Made by a program: the position numbers and the translations under genes. Shown here piece by piece: positions 1 through 9,134 of a DNA stretch of 64,000 bases (position 1 is its first letter; every line of letters starts with the position of its first letter). The DNA lies in NCBI GenBank assembly GCA_964524945.1, contig CAZGFN010000004.1, positions 5,581-69,580 of the forward strand, written 5' to 3'. The notes under the pieces were generated by a model. It was given only the letters and a program-made list of their open reading frames with translations. It was not told the DNA's origin and did no database searches. The stretch comes from an uncultured Isosphaeraceae bacterium (GTDB lineage Bacteria; Planctomycetota; Phycisphaerae; Phycisphaerales; SM1A02).

Positions 1-193
1 GTTCGTTTCCGATAAGGGCTCCAGTTCCAGCGCCAATGGCACCACCGATGCCTGCCCCGACTGGGCCTGCGATGAGTGCACCGCTGGCCGCGCCTGCGCC
101 GCCTCCGATGAGGGCGTCTGTTCCTGCGTGGGTCTTGCAGCCGGCCAAGCTGATGGCTGCGAGGGTCATGATGCTCAGAGCAATGATGCGCAT
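1..193 (-). CDS. glycine-zipper lipoprotein (C-terminus beyond window edge)
   Basis: Own minus-strand translation from ATG at 193, with AGGAGA 6 nt upstream: MRIIALSIMTLAAISLAGCKTHAGTDALIGGGAGAASGALIAGPVGAGIGGAIGAGTGALIGNE... It has a LAGC lipobox followed by GxxxG glycine-zipper repeats. It is absent from the ORF track because it runs off the window. Confidence 0.55.
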   Translation of the reverse strand, partial: MRIIALSIMTLAAISLAGCKTHAGTDALIGGGAGAASGALIAGPVGAGIGGAIGAGTGALIGNE

Positions 194-243
194 GTGGGAT
201 CTCCTGTTGATCTTGGTAGTGTCGCGTCTCGGCGGTGTGTTTG

Positions 244-1341
244 TCAATGGCCCGGTCCGTTTACCTGCTCGATTGACCACGGGTTTGCGACATGGCACGC
301 CCGTCCGGTTCGTTCGATGTAGTCCTGATGATAGGTCTCGGCCGAGTGGAAGGTCGCCGCAGGCCCGATCTGGGTGGCGATTGGCGACGGGAATCTGCCG
401 GACTCATTGAGTTCGGCGATGGCTTGGCGGGCGACTTCCTGCTGCGCGTCGCTGGTGGTCCAGATGCCGGAGCGGTATTGACTTCCGATGTCGGGTCCTT
501 GCCGATCGACTTGCGTCGGGTCGTGCATGCGGAAGAATGCGTCGACAAGTTGGCGGTAGGAGATGCGGCTGGGGTCGAAGACGACCTTGACCGACTCGGC
601 GTGTCCGGTGTTGCCATCGCAGACATCGCGGTAGGTAGCGCGTTCATCGTCGCCCTGCATATAGCCGCTGCTTGCGTCGATGACGCCGTCGCCTTGTTGG
701 AAGTAATGCTCGATGCCCCAGAAGCACCCACCGGCGAAGTAGGCCGTTTCGGTGGTGGCGGGTCCGGTGGCGAGCAAGTTGGGTAGTTCGGTGCCGTCGG
801 CATGGAAGGTCAGCGCTGCGGAGTTGAGGCAGTGGCGTTCACCGCTGGGCGGGGGGCCGTCGGGAAAGACGTGGCCAAGGTGCGCGTCGCATCGGCCGCA
901 TGCGATTTCGGTTCGGACCATTCCGTGGGTGGAGTCGTCATGGCGAGCGACGTGCTGGGGGTCGAACTGGGCAAAGAAACTTGGCCAGCCAGTGCCGGAT
1001 GTGAATTTGTGTTCGCTCGAAAACAGCGGCAGTCCGCAGACCACGCAGCAGTAGATGCCGTCTTCCTTGTTATCCAGCAGCAGTCCGCAACCGGCTGGTT
1101 CGGTACCGGACCGCTGTGTGATCTCCAGGGCTTGGGGGCTCAGTCGGCTAGTGAGGTCCTGGCGGACTTGATCGGACAGTGGGGAGAGGTCGTATCCGGC
1201 TTGGGATGTCGGCGTAGCCATGCTGGCGGCCTCCGTATTGATAGTCGTGGCTGCCCGTTGGGCTGTGGCGGCCGGTTCATGCCCCTGGGCGCAGCCCAGC
1301 AGGAGGAACAGGCCGATCAAACTCAGGGGTAAGGTCTTCAT
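244..1341 (-). CDS. msrAB: exported bifunctional methionine sulfoxide reductase MsrB-MsrA (predicted lipoprotein)
   Basis: MsrB part: CCVVCGLPLF...GWPSFF...CGRCDAHLGHVF...RHCLNS. MsrA part: GGCFWGIEHYF...GHAESVKVVFDP...YHQDY. I chose the internal ATG at 1341, giving MKTLPLSLIGLFLLLGC, a signal peptide plus lipobox. The track ORF extends to 1410. Confidence 0.9.
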   Translation of the reverse strand: MKTLPLSLIGLFLLLGCAQGHEPAATAQRAATTINTEAASMATPTSQAGYDLSPLSDQVRQDLTSRLSPQALEITQRSGTEPAGCGLLLDNKEDGIYCCVVCGLPLFSSEHKFTSGTGWPSFFAQFDPQHVARHDDSTHGMVRTEIACGRCDAHLGHVFPDGPPPSGERHCLNSAALTFHADGTELPNLLATGPATTETAYFAGGCFWGIEHYFQQGDGVIDASSGYMQGDDERATYRDVCDGNTGHAESVKVVFDPSRISYRQLVDAFFRMHDPTQVDRQGPDIGSQYRSGIWTTSDAQQEVARQAIAELNESGRFPSPIATQIGPAATFHSAETYHQDYIERTGRACHVANPWSIEQVNGPGH

Positions 1342-1390
1342 GCGGCCCCATACTAGAGGTTGCACGTCATGGTTCGGTACCTTGTCGGGT

Positions 1391-1750
1391 ATGAACATGG
1401 AACTGGTCAAGTCATTCCGCTTTGAAGCCGCTCATTGGCTGCCGACATTTCCTGACGGCCACAAGTGTCGCCGCATGCACGGACATTCCTTCAAGGTTGA
1501 TGTCTGCGTAGCTGGCACAGTCGATGCAGAGCAAGGTGTCCTCTTGGACTACGGCGATATTTCTAAGGCCTGGGCCCCGCTGGACGAGGCACTCGATCAT
1601 CGGCTCCTCAACGAGATCGACGGCCTTGAGAACCCCACCAGCGAATTGTTGGCGGACTGGATCTGGCAACGCCTCAAGCCCGTACTTCCCCAGCTTCACC
1701 GAATCACCGTTCACGAAACTTGTACGAGCACCTGTACCTACCACGGCTAG
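1391..1750 (+). CDS. queD: 6-carboxy-5,6,7,8-tetrahydropterin synthase
   Basis: MNMELVKSFRFEAAHWLP...HGHSFKV...LDHRLLNE... is a typical QueD/PTPS pattern. The ATG at 1391 lies inside track ORF 1220..1750. The gene is divergent from msrBA. Confidence 0.9.
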   Translation: MNMELVKSFRFEAAHWLPTFPDGHKCRRMHGHSFKVDVCVAGTVDAEQGVLLDYGDISKAWAPLDEALDHRLLNEIDGLENPTSELLADWIWQRLKPVLPQLHRITVHETCTSTCTYHG

Positions 1751-2093
1751 GGGCATTGGGGCAGCCAGTCTCATTTTCATAAATCAGCCCGGCTCGTTGC
1801 CACCAACGTCAAAGAGACAGTCTTTCCGATAACGAGATCGCCGTTTTTTTCATCGCAAACCGACTCAGAGCTATTTTTGGGCTAGAGGTGAGGCGATTTG
1901 GGGTCGCACATACCTTGTATTTCAGGGTGTGTGGTGGCTCCCCAAAACGGCTTAGGCGGTACAGGTGGAGGTTTTGTGGTGGTGGATGGAAGTTTCTTGG
2001 AGGTGGGGGGTGGCTTGGGGGGCCGTTTGTGTCATCTTGGGGTGGCACCGCCCGGAGCGGTGTCGACAATCGAGAGATATGGAGTGAGGAGTC

Positions 2094-2417
2094 ATGGACG
2101 AGAGAGCGTTTCAGGATCAATTCGCTGCCCTGCTAGAGCGAATCAATGGCTTACCCGCACGGCAGCGGGCTTTGCTGATCCGATTGACAGACGATGCCAC
2201 AGGGCATCAGCAGGATCTACAGAAGTCACTGGCGTCGCTAGAAGGTTCGCTGGACTACCTGCGGCTCTGTATGAACTACCTTATTTTTGACCTAGAGGCC
2301 ACCCGCCGAGAGAATCGATGCCTTCGCCGACTACTGGCCGAAGCAGAGGATCGGCCGCCCGTCAACGAGGAGGCCGAGGAAGATCGCGAGTCCTTTTGGG
2401 ATGACTCCATGGAGTGA
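2094..2417 (+). CDS. hypothetical coiled-coil protein with acidic C-terminus
   Basis: 107-aa ORF with GAGGAG about 5 nt upstream of the ATG. Heptad-like helical sequence; no family recognised. Confidence 0.5.
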   Translation: MDERAFQDQFAALLERINGLPARQRALLIRLTDDATGHQQDLQKSLASLEGSLDYLRLCMNYLIFDLEATRRENRCLRRLLAEAEDRPPVNEEAEEDRESFWDDSME

Positions 2418-2560
2418 CGTTCCCATACACACCCAGCCCCGCTCTGGCGCACGCATTGGGACGCCCCCGCGTCCACGCGTGCGTCGGAATTCATCCCCGC
2501 GGCCTCCTCTTCACTGAAGCGAGGCCGCGGTCTGATTTAGAATGAGGTGGCATCTTGTTT

Positions 2561-2809
2561 CTATATGGCGAACACGAAGATGAACGCGATGAGAATGATG
2601 ATGATGCCAAGCAGCATGGCGCGTTTGTGAAAGGCTTCGGCCGCGGGCGGTCGTCGCAGCACGCCCCCTTCGATCCAGGCGCCGCACTTGGGACATGACG
2701 GGGTCGCGTCCCACACTTGGGCGCCGCACTCGGGGCAGTACCCAGTTTGATCAGCATCATCACCGAAGCGCTCGATGTCTTCGGGTGACGGATCTTCGTC
2801 TCTCATCAC
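2561..2809 (-). CDS. zinc-ribbon protein with C-terminal transmembrane anchor
   Basis: CPECG...CPKCG double CxxC motif followed by the hydrophobic tail MLLGIIIILIAFIFVFAI. The start overlaps the stop of the upstream gene. Confidence 0.6.
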   Translation of the reverse strand: MMRDEDPSPEDIERFGDDADQTGYCPECGAQVWDATPSCPKCGAWIEGGVLRRPPAAEAFHKRAMLLGIIIILIAFIFVFAI

Positions 2810-4101
2810 GGGCGTCTGCCTATTGGGGCATTTGGTGGCGAAGCGCGACCAAGTGACGATCGTCGCAGGTTGACTTGGGTTGGCACGGTATTGGCATCTT
2901 GCAGGGTGAGCGTCCCATTCTTGGTATTGATTACGAGGTGTTCAATATCCAGCGGAAACTCGACGCCCGGCGCCAGCCGTGTCCATCCCCACAAAGCCCA
3001 CGCGTCCCAAGCTGTGTCGCCGTTTCCAGGCGCAAAGGTCCACGCTAGCGGGATGCGTTGGTCGAGGTTGGGCACGTTGCCGAAGTACCGCCACGCTTGA
3101 CGTGCGTCGAGCGTGTTGACGGATCGCTTGTTGAGTTCGTAGGGGTCAAAGGGGACCCAGCCACAGTTGGGAAGGTAGACCTCGGCCCAGGTGACAAACT
3201 CACCCTTGCGGCTTCCGCGATCTTCCGCGATTCCGATGACGGGCCGGGCGGGTAGTTCAGCGGCGCGCAGCATGGCGACCGACAGACACACCAGATCTGC
3301 GGGTGATCCTGCGCCTGCTTGGGCGGCAGTGGTGGCGCCTTCCACGGCGATGCCCCGAAGTTGCCGACGAAGTCCGCGGAGCATGCGAGAACCATTTGGT
3401 TGGAAATTGCTGCAGGCATATTGCACGAGCAGTTTGGCTGCTTGTACTGGTGGCACGCTGCGAACATCACCGTTGGTCACACGCTGGACGGTTTGTGTGA
3501 TGATGTCGGCGTCAGATTCGATCAACGGCGAGGGCCTCAGTAGCGATTGAACGGCGGTGGGCCACTGGGCGGGCCAGTCCAGTTTCATGGCTGCGGCGTC
3601 GTCGAATTCGCATGACCACGTCGCAACGACCCCTTGCACACCGATGCTGATGGGCAGGCCCTCATTGGTCGGCGCGTCGATCGAGAGCATGATGTCTCCA
3701 AGTCGTCCAGGTTTGGAAGTGAGTTGGCTTGCGGGCTCGGTTGTCGCTCCCTGTGGCGTCGAGATGGTGACTTCAAATTGGTTCGGGTCGAGCATGCTCC
3801 ATGGACCGTCGGCGATGAGGGGCAGTTGCCATTGTCCGGTGGGTGGTTGTAGCGGCGATTGGAAGATGGTCACGCTCATGGTGAATCGGTTGAGCCGACC
3901 ATCGGCACGACGGAGCGCTCCTTCGGGGATGACTACTGGTGCGTTGGGCTGTAACAGTGCTGGTGTCGCGGCGGGAGCCATGGCCCCGGGGGTAACGCCT
4001 GGTGACGGCGTCATCGGCTTGGTCGGTGTTGTTCCTGGGGGCGGGGATGTGGGTCCGCCTTGCAGCAGGGCTGTCAATACGAGTGATGTGAGTTGGATCA
4101 T
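2806..4101 (-). CDS. secreted transglutaminase-like cysteine protease-fold protein
   Basis: N-terminal signal peptide and Pro/Thr-rich linker. The core DLVCLSVAMLRAAELPARPV...WAEVYLPNCGWVPFDP matches the transglutaminase-like Cys..His..Asp core arrangement. Confidence 0.8.
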   Translation of the reverse strand: MIQLTSLVLTALLQGGPTSPPPGTTPTKPMTPSPGVTPGAMAPAATPALLQPNAPVVIPEGALRRADGRLNRFTMSVTIFQSPLQPPTGQWQLPLIADGPWSMLDPNQFEVTISTPQGATTEPASQLTSKPGRLGDIMLSIDAPTNEGLPISIGVQGVVATWSCEFDDAAAMKLDWPAQWPTAVQSLLRPSPLIESDADIITQTVQRVTNGDVRSVPPVQAAKLLVQYACSNFQPNGSRMLRGLRRQLRGIAVEGATTAAQAGAGSPADLVCLSVAMLRAAELPARPVIGIAEDRGSRKGEFVTWAEVYLPNCGWVPFDPYELNKRSVNTLDARQAWRYFGNVPNLDQRIPLAWTFAPGNGDTAWDAWALWGWTRLAPGVEFPLDIEHLVINTKNGTLTLQDANTVPTQVNLRRSSLGRASPPNAPIGRRP

Positions 4102-4219
4102 CGGCGATGGGTACTCCGCAAAGGGCAGTGTAGTTCAGACGCGCAGATTCGCTGCCAGAGCGTCGAAAGTGGAGCGTGGATCGCACAAGAACAAATGCAC
4201 TCCCTCACCGACCAGCGAA

Positions 4220-5056
4220 TCACCCCAGTGGGCTTTTGAATCCGATGCCGAGCAGGACGCGGCCGACTTCGCGGAGGAAGTCTGCCAGTACGAGGTTGAT
4301 CGCGATGATGGCGAGGAATGAGGCGACGAATGACTCGGTCGTGGCGCGGCCGACGCCCGCGGCGCCGGCTCGGCAGCCAAAGCCCTTGTAGCACGAGATG
4401 AGTCCGATGCTCAGGCCGAAGAAGGTTGCTTTGATCAGGCCCGTAGCTGGTTCCCACCAGGTCAAAAACCAGCCGGTGTAATTCCAATAGGCCACGTGGT
4501 CGGCACCATTGACCACGACGGTAAAGAGCCAACCACCCGTCACGCCCAGTACATCCGAGAAGATAGTCAGTATGGGTGTCATCAGCGTGCATGCGACTAC
4601 TCGGGGGACGACGAGCACTTCGATGGGGTCGGCCCCCATCGCGCGAATGGCATCGAGCTGCTCGGTGACCCGCATGGTGCCCAGTTCTGCAGTCAGCGCA
4701 CCGCCAACTCGGCCTGCCACCATGACCGCGGCGAGGACTGGTCCGATTTGTTTGACTACCGACACATTGATGATCATGCCGAGGCGATCTTCAAGACCAA
4801 AAACCGCGAACTGGGCAAAACTTTCGACGGCCAGAATCATGCCGATGAAGATTCCGGTGATGGCTACCACCGGCACGCTCATGACGCCCACTTCCATCAG
4901 CAGTGGTGCCATGACACGCCAGTTCAACCAACGCCTTGGCCGCAGTACGACGCCTCCCAATGCATGCATGGCGAAGCGTGTGAAACGTCCTGTTCCTTCC
5001 GCAATCAGCCGCGTGGTGCAGCCAATGCGGGATGCCATGTTGAGTGCAACGGACAC
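4220..5056 (-). CDS. mlaE: MlaE-family ABC transporter permease
   Basis: 278-aa polytopic protein with an MlaE/Ttg2B-like sequence: ...QIGPVLAAVMVAGRVGGALTAELGTMRVTEQLDAIRAMG.DPIE.LVVPRV... Confidence 0.85.
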   Translation of the reverse strand: MSVALNMASRIGCTTRLIAEGTGRFTRFAMHALGGVVLRPRRWLNWRVMAPLLMEVGVMSVPVVAITGIFIGMILAVESFAQFAVFGLEDRLGMIINVSVVKQIGPVLAAVMVAGRVGGALTAELGTMRVTEQLDAIRAMGADPIEVLVVPRVVACTLMTPILTIFSDVLGVTGGWLFTVVVNGADHVAYWNYTGWFLTWWEPATGLIKATFFGLSIGLISCYKGFGCRAGAAGVGRATTESFVASFLAIIAINLVLADFLREVGRVLLGIGFKSPLG

Positions 5057-5074
5057 CTACGGCGCGCCGTGGAT

Positions 5075-5896
5075 CTACTTCATGGGTGCATCGAAGGCGT
5101 TACCAGTTTCGGTATCGACTTCGACGACCGCCTCAGTGCGAGGTGCTGGAACGAGGAAGATCTCGACGCGACGGTTGGCCGCGGTACCTCCGGCATCATT
5201 TGGCATGATCGGGTGGTACTCGCCGTCACCAGCGATGCGGACATTGTTGGCCGAGACGCCAGCGGACACCAAAGCATTTCGCACGGCGATGGCGCGGTGG
5301 GCCGAGAGGTGCAGATTGGTCGGGTGCTGATTGCGGGAATGGGTCACTGGAACATCGTCGGTATGCCCGACGACGAGAATGTCCAGCGGCACGGCGGTGG
5401 GTGATGAGAGAATGCCTGCAACGGCACTCAGTGGTTGGTCGCTCCCAGGTTTGAGTTGGTCGCTGCCCGAGGCAAACGTCAGGTCACTGGAGAACCGAAG
5501 CATGCCATTGTCCGAGTCGAACGTGATCAGTTCAGGGTTCGCTGCGGCCACGGCGGCCAGTGCCGCTTCCATGTCTTCAGGGATCTGGCCAATTTCCAAG
5601 GCCGTCAGGTGCCGGGCAAGCGTGTCGTTGCGAGCGGCCAGTGTGTCCCACTCGGTGTTGAGTGTGTCGAAGTCACCTTGGAGTCGGCCGATTTCGGTGC
5701 GAGCCTGATCGAGTTCCTGATTGCGGCGGACGAGGGTCTGCTCGATTTCAGCGCGACTTCGTTCGGCATCGCTCAATTGCTGGACGAGTGAACGGTTGAC
5801 GTTCTGGAGCGCTTCGTATTTGCGGTTGGATCCGTTGCAACCGACGGTTCCAACGAGCGTGAGGCCAAGCAGGCCGAGCATTAGGTGACGTGTCAT
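5075..5896 (-). CDS. coiled-coil OmpA/MotB-domain lipoprotein
   Basis: Lipobox LVGTVGC, then a long coiled coil, then an OmpA_C-like end: LVVGHTDDVP...NLHLSAHRAIAVRNALVSAGV...NRRVEIFLV. Confidence 0.85.
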   Translation of the reverse strand: MTRHLMLGLLGLTLVGTVGCNGSNRKYEALQNVNRSLVQQLSDAERSRAEIEQTLVRRNQELDQARTEIGRLQGDFDTLNTEWDTLAARNDTLARHLTALEIGQIPEDMEAALAAVAAANPELITFDSDNGMLRFSSDLTFASGSDQLKPGSDQPLSAVAGILSSPTAVPLDILVVGHTDDVPVTHSRNQHPTNLHLSAHRAIAVRNALVSAGVSANNVRIAGDGEYHPIMPNDAGGTAANRRVEIFLVPAPRTEAVVEVDTETGNAFDAPMK

Positions 5897-5949
5897 GAGA
5901 ATCCCTCCAAAGGATGGCTGTGTCGTGCTAGGCTTGGGACCGCGGCGCG

Positions 5950-7296
5950 TTGCCAGGCCCTCAACAGCGTTGCAGTGTATCGATCGTCAGGGCAAGAGGT
6001 TGGAACCAATCTGTGGTGACGGTGCCAAACTGTGGACAACCTGTCGATAGAGTTCGATTGATTCACGCTTCGGGCGCGATCGATGCTCGAGGATCTGATT
6101 TTTTCCCGGCGGCGATGCTCGTCAGAAACGGGCGAATCGTTGCAGTCGATCGCCCAGAGGCCATTGGCCACGTCGATGCGCTGGTCGAGACCTGCGATGG
6201 ACTGCTGATTCCCGGTTTGGTCAACGCCCACACACACCTGGACCTCAGCGATGTGGGTATCTGGCCTGCGGCGGGGTCGGACTTTCGCGGTTGGGTTGGC
6301 AGGGTGCGATCACTTCGGATGGGGCGAACGGACCAGCAGGCCCATATGGCCGTTGAGCGAGGCATTGAATTGTCGCTCGCTGGGGGAACTTCGCTGATTG
6401 GCGATATCGCCGGCCATCCAGCGGAAGCATCCATCGAAACCCTTCGGGCCAGTTCCTTGGAGGGCGTGTCCTTTGTGGAGGTATTTGGGATTGGGCAGGG
6501 TGAGTCCGGGGCCGTCGAGGCCATGCGAAAGGCGTGCGATCGATGGCCGGCCGATGACCGGGGCGTGCACGTTGGCCTATCACCCCACGCGCCTTATTCC
6601 TGCAGTCGCGGGGTCTTTGAGGAGGCCGCCTCGATGGGGCGGCGTGTGACGACCCATCTGGCTGAGACGCCAGCGGAACTGGAACTGCTCGCCTCAGGCA
6701 CTGGGCCGCTTCGGGCGATGTTGGAAGCGGACATCGGCGTCTGGTCCGATGCCGTGGAAGTGCCCGCCTGTCACCCCGTTGACCATCTTGGCGACGTGCT
6801 CGGATCGTGCCAAGCTTTGTGCGCCCACGCGAATTGGCTTGAATCTGCGCACATTGATCGCATCGCGCAGACACAGATGTGTGTGGTGTATTGCCCGCGG
6901 GCATCAGCGGCGTTTGGTCATGCGCCCCCGGCCTTGTCGACGCATCCGTGGCAAGCTTTGCGGGCCTTGGGGGTGTCGGTGTGCCTAGGCACCGACTCGC
7001 TGCTGTGTTTGGATACGCCCGATCGCATCAGCGTACTGGATGAAATGCGGCTTCTGGCCAGCCGCGATGGCATTGATCCACGGGTGCTTCTGGAGATGGC
7101 GACCATTGAAGGTGCCCGCTCGCTTGGCCGCCAGGCCGATGAGGTGTGCTTGGGTCCCCAGTGCCAAGGCGTGCTGCTGCTCAAGGCTTCTGGCGACTCG
7201 ACCGACGCCCTGTTGGCCTCGGCTTTATCCAACGATTCGGCCCCCGAATGGGTGCTGGCCCCTCACAAAGGGCTTTCCCAAGCCCTGAATTCGTGA
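5950..7296 (+). CDS. amidohydrolase-family protein (chlorohydrolase/deaminase-like)
   Basis: Metal-binding motif LIPGLVNAHTHLDLS plus a later HLAET...HANW... pattern. The track start at 5950 is TTG. In-frame GTG codons at 6013-6022 are alternative starts. Confidence 0.8.
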   Translation: MPGPQQRCSVSIVRARGWNQSVVTVPNCGQPVDRVRLIHASGAIDARGSDFFPAAMLVRNGRIVAVDRPEAIGHVDALVETCDGLLIPGLVNAHTHLDLSDVGIWPAAGSDFRGWVGRVRSLRMGRTDQQAHMAVERGIELSLAGGTSLIGDIAGHPAEASIETLRASSLEGVSFVEVFGIGQGESGAVEAMRKACDRWPADDRGVHVGLSPHAPYSCSRGVFEEAASMGRRVTTHLAETPAELELLASGTGPLRAMLEADIGVWSDAVEVPACHPVDHLGDVLGSCQALCAHANWLESAHIDRIAQTQMCVVYCPRASAAFGHAPPALSTHPWQALRALGVSVCLGTDSLLCLDTPDRISVLDEMRLLASRDGIDPRVLLEMATIEGARSLGRQADEVCLGPQCQGVLLLKASGDSTDALLASALSNDSAPEWVLAPHKGLSQALNS

Positions 7297-7377
7297 AGTT
7301 GTCACGTGAATGTTGGCCAAGGCCCGATATCATCCGAGCACCACCTCGCTGCAGCGGGGCCGTTGAGAGAGACAATC

Positions 7378-7803
7378 ATGAGCATGCTGACAGCCAAAAG
7401 CGACTTGCACGAAATCCTTCGGGCCGCGGGCCCCTATCCACTGGAGGCCTACCTCTTTGTAGAGGCCGGTCTGAGTTGGACGGTGGATCGGTTGCAAGAG
7501 CCTGCCACGACGCATGGCTTCAATGAGTTCGAACGTCACCTTAGTGGGCAGGAATTGTGCATGGGCTTGCGGGATATGGCCATTAATCGATTCGGCCTGC
7601 TCGCACCCACCGTTCTGAAGGTATGGAATGTGCATCGCACCGAAGATTTTGGTGCCATCGTGTTCAACCTCGTGGACGTGGGCATTCTGCACCGCGAGGC
7701 GGAGGATCAAGTCGAGGACTTTCACGGGGTCTATGACTTCCGTGAAGCGTTCGATCCGCGCGATCTCGCCACGCACATTGGTAGTGCGCAGCAGGGCAAC
7801 TAA
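7378..7803 (+). CDS. conserved hypothetical protein, resembles the Planctomycete/Verrucomicrobia-restricted TIGR04138 family
   Basis: ...YPLEAYLFVEAGLSWTV...RHLSGQELCMGLRDMAINRFGLLAPTVLKVWNVHRTEDFGAIVFNLVDVGIL... Family recognised from memory only. I preferred the ATG at 7378 (GAGAGA upstream) over the track start at 7306. Confidence 0.6.
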   Translation: MSMLTAKSDLHEILRAAGPYPLEAYLFVEAGLSWTVDRLQEPATTHGFNEFERHLSGQELCMGLRDMAINRFGLLAPTVLKVWNVHRTEDFGAIVFNLVDVGILHREAEDQVEDFHGVYDFREAFDPRDLATHIGSAQQGN

Positions 7804-7830
7804 TTGGTTTGACCTTGCAAGGAGCGCCGC

Positions 7831-9120
7831 ATGGGCCAGACGGCACCTGATCGACCTGCGAGCGATCGACACCTTTGGGAAATCCGGCCGATCCGGGACC
7901 TATTGACGCTGCTCATCGTGTGCGGGCTGTTGTGGCTCGGGTACGTGATGCGAGAAGTGACGATTCCGCTCCTCGTGGCCTTGCTGCTGGCCTATCTCTT
8001 TGAACCCGCCGTGGCGTGGATGGCCCGCACCAAGTGGATTCCTTTTGGTCGAATCGGCGCGGTCTCGCTTTTGCTCATCACTGGTACGGCGATCATTCTT
8101 CTAGCGGCAGTGCTGCTGGTTCCCAGAGTTGTCTCGCAAGCGGAACAACTCGTTGAAGAAGTGCAGAACGGCGATGTCCGCGTACGCCTGACACGATTTG
8201 TCGATGAGTATGTGCCTACGGATTATCAGGATTCCGTCTTACGTGTGGTGGCTAAACTTCCCGCGGGACTTCACGAGGTGGAGCATGCGCCTGTCGTTGC
8301 CCCGGTGCCGGAAGTGACGGTCAGGGAGAGCACAAAGGCCGGTTCGGACGGTACGACTGCCAAGAGTGCGACGACCGCGAACAAAGCGGAGACGCTAGCC
8401 AAAGTAGCGTCGTCCTCGTCGGTCGATGTGTGGGGTTTGGCCTCACGAACCGGATCCATTGCGTGGGCGGTGGTGCTCAAACTCATCGCTATTGGGATGC
8501 TTTTGTTCCTGATCCCGTTCTACTTCTTCTACTTCAGTCTGTGGTTCCCGCACGTCGTGCAATTTTGTAACGATCTACTGCCCGTTGGTAGCAAGTCCAC
8601 GATCGTACCACTGCTCCATCGCATGGACGCCGCGGTGGCAGGCTTTGTTCGTGGGCGAATCGTCATCAGCCTCATCATGATGGCGCTACTGGCCATCGGT
8701 TGGATGCTCTCTGGCGTGCCCTATGCCATCTTGCTGGGCGTGCTCATCGGAGCGTTCTCGATCGTGCCGTTCCTCGGCCTGGTCGGTCTACCCTTGGCGG
8801 TTGGTCTGCTGGCGATGGCGCAGTTGGATCTCGACATCGCGGTGCGCATGAGTTGGTGGGGCATCGTGCTCTGGCCTACGCTGGTCTTCGCCATCGTGCA
8901 GGGACTTGACGGTTGGGTGCTCACCCCGCTCATCGCGGGCCGCGCGACGAATCTCGACCCGGTCACCATTTTCGTGTCGGTGCTCGCCGGCGGCGCCGTA
9001 CTGGGCGCGTACGGCATGCTCATCGCCATTCCAATTGCAGCGTGCATCAAGATCCTGCTGTCGGACTTGGTGATTCCCAAACTCAGATCGCTCGCAAGCA
9101 AAGCATCGCCGGGTACCTAA
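7831..9120 (+). CDS. AI-2E family (PerM/UPF0118) transporter
   Basis: Polytopic membrane protein with a typical AI-2E C-terminal half: ...GFVRGRIVISLIMMALLAIGW...IPFLG... A low-complexity Ala/Thr/Ser loop is inserted mid-protein. Confidence 0.85.
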   Translation: MGQTAPDRPASDRHLWEIRPIRDLLTLLIVCGLLWLGYVMREVTIPLLVALLLAYLFEPAVAWMARTKWIPFGRIGAVSLLLITGTAIILLAAVLLVPRVVSQAEQLVEEVQNGDVRVRLTRFVDEYVPTDYQDSVLRVVAKLPAGLHEVEHAPVVAPVPEVTVRESTKAGSDGTTAKSATTANKAETLAKVASSSSVDVWGLASRTGSIAWAVVLKLIAIGMLLFLIPFYFFYFSLWFPHVVQFCNDLLPVGSKSTIVPLLHRMDAAVAGFVRGRIVISLIMMALLAIGWMLSGVPYAILLGVLIGAFSIVPFLGLVGLPLAVGLLAMAQLDLDIAVRMSWWGIVLWPTLVFAIVQGLDGWVLTPLIAGRATNLDPVTIFVSVLAGGAVLGAYGMLIAIPIAACIKILLSDLVIPKLRSLASKASPGT

Positions 9121-9134
9121 CCAAGCGTTGTGAG

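Noticed and set aside
1809-2290. Track ORFs 1809..2120(-), 1888..2136(+) and 1898..2290(+) in the queD-downstream spacer
   Set aside because: The translations are poly-Gly/Pro/Trp low-complexity products of the G/T-skewed region. There is no RBS and the ORFs mutually overlap. I treat the region as non-coding; see the finding.
4496-5404. 302-aa and 273-aa plus-strand ORFs across mlaE and the OmpA-like gene
   Set aside because: They are antisense to two well-supported minus-strand genes. Composition is His/Asp/Gly/Arg-rich with no motifs, so they are shadow ORFs. The same reasoning applies to 9861..10607, 12483..13331, 46889..47527, 49370..50134 and 60404..61345.
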